Below are positions 15,574 to 20,000 of a DNA stretch of 20,000 bases, piece by piece. Source of the DNA: an uncultured virus (IMG/VR IMGVR_UViG_3300006789_000015) (Duplodnaviria > Heunggongvirae > Uroviricota > Caudoviricetes); the IMG/VR virus record IMGVR_UViG_3300006789_000015. One strand, given 5' to 3'. Below the pieces are notes generated by a model. It saw nothing but the letters and a program-made list of their open reading frames with translations, did no database searches and was not told the DNA's origin. The position numbers were made by a program, and so were the translations under genes. The stretch's first letter is position 1; each line of letters starts with the position of its first letter.

Positions 15574-18500
15574 TTAAGGTATTCTACCTATAAGGTTATA
15601 ACGATCCTCGCAATAGTAACAATTTTGTCTGTCATTGATTGTGGGGATTATACTAGTTTTCATCCCAATGACCCCATTTATTTCACCAGTCACCCTATGT
15701 AACCCCATGGCCGAAGCTCGGCCACTGCTACTTTTTCCGAAAGCCTTAGCAAGGTTGGTTTCTCTTGCTGATGACGAGGGTAATGTACCAAAATAAATCA
15801 CATCAATGTATCCCTCGTGATCGCTCCAAAATAAATCATTTCCCCCTACCGCGTACGGCGAACTTGACCAAACACTTGATAATCTAGCTTTAATGGTCTC
15901 TGCCTTGGATTCATCCCGGCCATGCTCTTCGTAATGATCGTCCTCAATAGATTTATAAACAGCTATATTCCTAGCTATCACTTCAAATCTTAAAGATTTT
16001 ACCCATACGCCCGTAAGGCCAACGCAATTATCAACACGCTCTTTATCTTCTGGGGTTAAATTTGTGTAACCCCTCGCACGGCTGAACGCTGCGGATTTAA
16101 CTTCATACCTTTTAATCCATTGTAAAGCACTATGCCCCTTGCCGCCGGTCTGCACGTAACAAATTTGATCCCTTACCGCCTTACACCAGTCTTGAGCGTC
16201 CTTTACGCTCGTAAAACTACCATTACCAAAATCCCTAGGTGTCGCGTCCCAAGTAAGTTGTGTAGCTAAAGGGTTATTAAGGATTTTCATTATCCCAATA
16301 TACCATCTCTCAAGCATGACCAACTGCCCAGAGTACCAACCATTATAAGCATCTATGACCTTACATGGGTTAGCTCTGCCTCTAGTGTCAACTTCGCTAA
16401 ATGTACTATTGACTCTTTGCCTAACTTTAGGTGCTTGATCATCTCTTGCCCAATCTTCCACTTCGTCACAAGCGGGTGTCCCATCTGGTCCTTCTATTTT
16501 GTCCCAAATGTCTACGGGATTAACTCCGCATACCCTATTAAGGTCGGCCCCTGCCCCGGTTGTCATCATAGCTCGTATCGCTCCAAGTTCCGCTAACGCG
16601 TCTCTCTTGTTGCCGTGCGTTATGCCGTGCTGCCAAGCATCTCTGAAAGCTGCCTCTAATGCTGCGCTACATCCCGTCCAATCATCAGCATTGCAACCTG
16701 CAGCAATGCCGTTATCGATTGCGGTTGGATTATACGCTTGATTAAGATCAACGAGCCCCATATCCCCAATCATTGTCAAAAACTCATACCTCATCGTCCT
16801 GAGCATGTCCATCGCTTTTCCTAGAATTAAACAATTATCTAGAAAATCTGAACAGTTATGCAGTTTTGTGTTGCCTCCGCAATTAGTAATTTGAGTATAA
16901 GTGGCTAATGTTTTTTCAGCGAGTTTAGCTTGAGAAGCTTGTACTTTTCTTAGTTCTGGACATGACCTATCAATAAATCTTCGGGCTGCCCCCAAAGTTC
17001 CTAACGTGATCACAACTTTTAGTAATTGGGCAATTGTGGAGACTATGGTAAAAAATAATCGGGCTACCGCTTGTAAAGCTCTAATCGGATTAGCGACTCT
17101 AACTAGTTTATTTAAAAGACTTCCGGAAACCTGTGCTGCTCGTCTTCTGATTTCGTCTGGATCATTGGTATCTCTCAATACGTCAAACGTTTCCGTTTCA
17201 GTATTCATCATCTCAGCAACATTTTGAACTCTATTTGTGTAAGCCCCGCTCTCCTCCTTATCTTTTTCATGGTCCCAAAATGCTCCATCAGCAACGCGTT
17301 GATAAGCACTTAATCCAGCACCCGCCACAGCGGTCATTCTTGCCGAATTAAAGCAAGTGTCCAAGAAATCACAAAAAGTATTATCTTCAAACCATTTCTT
17401 TTTCTCCCTAAACTTTGCGTGGTATAACACTATTGATTTATCACACGCATTTAAACTACTGAATTGAGCTACCTGTCCCGTATCATCAACTGTTACTAAC
17501 GGGTTTGAGCTTTGCAAGTTGCTCTCAACTTGCAAATCTAAGTTGGCAATTTCTTTTACTGCATGTGTATCATATTGACCTTTACATATTTCAATAATTC
17601 TAGCTGTTCTTGTTGGTATAACTCTCGCAATATATTCCTGCGTTGTCTCTTTGTCTCCTAAAGTTGAGAGCCCCGGAATTAAACTAGTTAGTTTTCCTAA
17701 AACGGGCACGTCATGCATGAAAGCGTGATGCCTTATTTCCATTTCGTGACGGAATTGATCAACTATTTGAAAAGATATATAGAATGGACCCATGACCATA
17801 TCGAAAGCGGTCCCCCCCATACCTTGACCAGCTAAACCTCTGGCTCCATTGTAAGAGCTTAAAGCAAACCCTGCTGCTGGACCGAACCCAATGATAAATG
17901 GAATATCAAGATGCTTTAACCAACTGGCTTGATAAACAAGTGCAACACTTGCTCCCACATCAAAAGAAATACCTCCTGTTGCCAAAAGCCCACTTTGGGG
18001 AACATTTACGCCGAGTACCGCTCTTGCATTTGATTTAAAGTATATTTTAGATTTAAGAGTTTTAAAATTTAAAATGGCATGATTGTACGTAACGTCAAAT
18101 CCAGCTTGGGAAGCACCCGTTAATGTATCATGTGACCCAAAAATTTTCATTGTTAGGTCGTAATTTTGACCTTGAATTGGCCCCCCTTTAAGGCAATAGT
18201 TAAATAAGAACTTAGCTCCACCCGTTAGGGCATTGTAATTAACTTTTATAGATTCTCCGTAGAGAATACTACATCCAAGCGTTGGTGCAAATTCTCCATT
18301 CTGCCAAACTACCCCAGCTTGTGGTGTAAATTTTGCTTTACCTGCTGATGCTTGAAATTTACTACCATTAATTTTTACCCCTAAAGCAAAGTTGCCAGAT
18401 GCATCTAAGGAAGTGTTAAAAATAAATCTGTCTTCAAAAAATTTCTTTTGCAAAGACATGTTAGCAAATACTTCTGCAGTTTTTTCTTCTCCATTTATGG

Positions 18501-20000
18501 TTGTTGTCGTAGTGCTGGAACTTCCAACATTGTACTCAAAATACCAATCATTCATGAAGTACATTTTATGGGAGACTCCGACGCTAATTACTTGAGCGGA
18601 ATAAGCGGAGCTTGGGTCGTAGTCTTCAATCTGTCGATTCCCATTTTGGTCAACGTATGCGTGTCTTTTTATGGCTCCATCGACGGAATACTTAACGTCA
18701 ACACTCACAACATCCTTCTTCAGCGTACTTCCGTTTGGGTCAACAATATCTTTAAGAATATTATCGTAAGACACTCTTGCTTCTACGGTCATGGTTTGCT
18801 GTGAGGTCGTTGGGCCGTCTGTGTCAGTAGCACTTAAGGTCATACCGTAAACAAAATTATCACCCTCAATGGCAAAACCCATTGATTGGGCTATGGTCGT
18901 CAACTTCTCTAAAGCTAACTTTCTTAATTCTCCATCTTGTGGAACAACTGCGCCGGAAGACCGATTTCCAGCTTCTGCTTCTAAAATTTCCCTATACTCA
19001 CTGTCAGGATCAAATACTGTAAACATTTGCCGCCAAATTTCTTGAGCTTCGTAAATCGTATCTTGAGTAACCGTCATGAAACTCTCTATTTGCAGGATTG
19101 ATCCGTCAATCTTAGTGTCCCAAACAGTAACTTCCTCTTGGGCATTTTCTTCAAATACTGTGTTGGCAACTCCATGCACTCTTTGACCTTTACGCATTCC
19201 ATGCGCGGTATATCTTTTCCAGACATATTTACCCATCCTCTGCTTATTATTCTTGTCTACGGAAGAGCATAAAAAAGTTCCACCTTGAAGGGAGCGAGGG
19301 TCAAAGCCGATGGCAATAACAAACTTCATAGCTGTCTCCTGAAACCAAGCTGAATTTTCAGGGACACAGTCACCCTTTCCTGTACCGCTGCAACACTGGA
19401 TTTGACCGTTTGGTTTGGGGCATGTAGAGTCTCCTGCTGTTCCGCATCTTCCAGTTTGTAATAGTCTGCTAGAATCGTAACTATACGAACTGCCTCCATT
19501 TCTCGATAAAAATTCGTCATTCTCCCCCGGCCCTGCCACCTCTTCTATTGCGAAACAAGTATGATAACTTGCATATTCGTCACCTTTAAATTTTAACGTC
19601 CCAGTATGAGCTTGGTACTGGAACATCGCGCACCCCCCTAAATCTTCTGGATCGTCTATTGTATTTGGGCTACAGCATAAACCTAAATCATCAAAGGGAA
19701 TGTCTTTTAATACAAAATCTCTGAACGGTGCAAGTAATGTTGTTCCTCCGTTTGACCCGTTAATATTTGCGTTTATAAATTCTGACCCGTTTCCCCCTGC
19801 ATAACATAATGTGAGTCGAGCGTGTCTTTTAAGATTTGGGTCAGGAGCTTCAAATATTACATCAAAATACGAAGGGTTATAATCAACACTGGCTAAATTC
19901 CCTGCATTAACTGAAATAGTCATTCCGGCGTCTTGAAAACATTCTAGCTTTACCACGCCTACCTTTATCGGATCACCCGGCGTGACTCCTGCTTTTTGTA
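15574..20000 (-). CDS. very large Cys-rich protein of unknown function (N-terminus beyond the window)
   Basis: The frame is open from 19998 (QKAGVTPGDPIKVG-VVKLECF), so GTG 19956 is probably not the true start. At least 1474 codons. No family recognised. Confidence 0.8.
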   Translation of the reverse strand, partial: QKAGVTPGDPIKVGVVKLECFQDAGMTISVNAGNLASVDYNPSYFDVIFEAPDPNLKRHARLTLCYAGGNGSEFINANINGSNGGTTLLAPFRDFVLKDIPFDDLGLCCSPNTIDDPEDLGGCAMFQYQAHTGTLKFKGDEYASYHTCFAIEEVAGPGENDEFLSRNGGSSYSYDSSRLLQTGRCGTAGDSTCPKPNGQIQCCSGTGKGDCVPENSAWFQETAMKFVIAIGFDPRSLQGGTFLCSSVDKNNKQRMGKYVWKRYTAHGMRKGQRVHGVANTVFEENAQEEVTVWDTKIDGSILQIESFMTVTQDTIYEAQEIWRQMFTVFDPDSEYREILEAEAGNRSSGAVVPQDGELRKLALEKLTTIAQSMGFAIEGDNFVYGMTLSATDTDGPTTSQQTMTVEARVSYDNILKDIVDPNGSTLKKDVVSVDVKYSVDGAIKRHAYVDQNGNRQIEDYDPSSAYSAQVISVGVSHKMYFMNDWYFEYNVGSSSTTTTTINGEEKTAEVFANMSLQKKFFEDRFIFNTSLDASGNFALGVKINGSKFQASAGKAKFTPQAGVVWQNGEFAPTLGCSILYGESIKVNYNALTGGAKFLFNYCLKGGPIQGQNYDLTMKIFGSHDTLTGASQAGFDVTYNHAILNFKTLKSKIYFKSNARAVLGVNVPQSGLLATGGISFDVGASVALVYQASWLKHLDIPFIIGFGPAAGFALSSYNGARGLAGQGMGGTAFDMVMGPFYISFQIVDQFRHEMEIRHHAFMHDVPVLGKLTSLIPGLSTLGDKETTQEYIARVIPTRTARIIEICKGQYDTHAVKEIANLDLQVESNLQSSNPLVTVDDTGQVAQFSSLNACDKSIVLYHAKFREKKKWFEDNTFCDFLDTCFNSARMTAVAGAGLSAYQRVADGAFWDHEKDKEESGAYTNRVQNVAEMMNTETETFDVLRDTNDPDEIRRRAAQVSGSLLNKLVRVANPIRALQAVARLFFTIVSTIAQLLKVVITLGTLGAARRFIDRSCPELRKVQASQAKLAEKTLATYTQITNCGGNTKLHNCSDFLDNCLILGKAMDMLRTMRYEFLTMIGDMGLVDLNQAYNPTAIDNGIAAGCNADDWTGCSAALEAAFRDAWQHGITHGNKRDALAELGAIRAMMTTGAGADLNRVCGVNPVDIWDKIEGPDGTPACDEVEDWARDDQAPKVRQRVNSTFSEVDTRGRANPCKVIDAYNGWYSGQLVMLERWYIGIMKILNNPLATQLTWDATPRDFGNGSFTSVKDAQDWCKAVRDQICYVQTGGKGHSALQWIKRYEVKSAAFSRARGYTNLTPEDKERVDNCVGLTGVWVKSLRFEVIARNIAVYKSIEDDHYEEHGRDESKAETIKARLSSVWSSSPYAVGGNDLFWSDHEGYIDVIYFGTLPSSSARETNLAKAFGKSSSGRASAMGLHRVTGEINGVIGMKTSIIPTINDRQNCYYCEDRYNLIGRIP

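Noticed and set aside
1240..19520. Short alternative ORFs (e.g. 1240-1497, 4176-4487, 7614-7937, 13587-13880, 16499-16741, 18448-18804, 19326-19520)
   Set aside because: These are antisense or off-frame shadows of well-supported genes, with no recognisable motifs.
19954..19956. GTG start for the 1460-aa ORF
   Set aside because: The frame stays open to the window edge with no promoter or intergenic gap, so the gene likely starts further upstream.
1..20000. tRNA, rRNA, structured ncRNA or tandem repeats
   Set aside because: Intergenic gaps are about 115 nt or less and are explained by promoters and terminators. None was recognised by eye.

Overview
This is an AT-rich, gene-dense window, almost entirely on the minus strand, that looks like part of a large bacteriophage genome. 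It has compact overlapping genes and phage-style replication genes mixed with small hypotheticals, and no housekeeping context. Read right to left, it starts with the C-terminal >1470 aa of a very large Cys-rich protein that begins beyond the window. Next is a replisome operon: DnaB helicase, DnaG-type primase, PD-(D/E)XK nuclease and a DNA polymerase III alpha (DnaE) split into a stand-alone PHP gene and a PHP-less catalytic core. A cupin, a DEDDh proofreading exonuclease and a small acidic protein lie between the two DnaE halves. A second unit couples a Whirly-like ssDNA-binding protein to a mosaic Zn-ribbon glycosyltransferase. The remainder holds a secreted trypsin-like protease, small proteins, a C39-like peptidase, an HNH nuclease and RmlA (missed by the ORF track, runs off the left edge). 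Five sigma70-like promoters sit only 6-9 nt from the ATG, which suggests leaderless mRNAs, and a second GTGTAwTATAT motif precedes two convergent units. All family calls come from visual motif recognition, not database searches.
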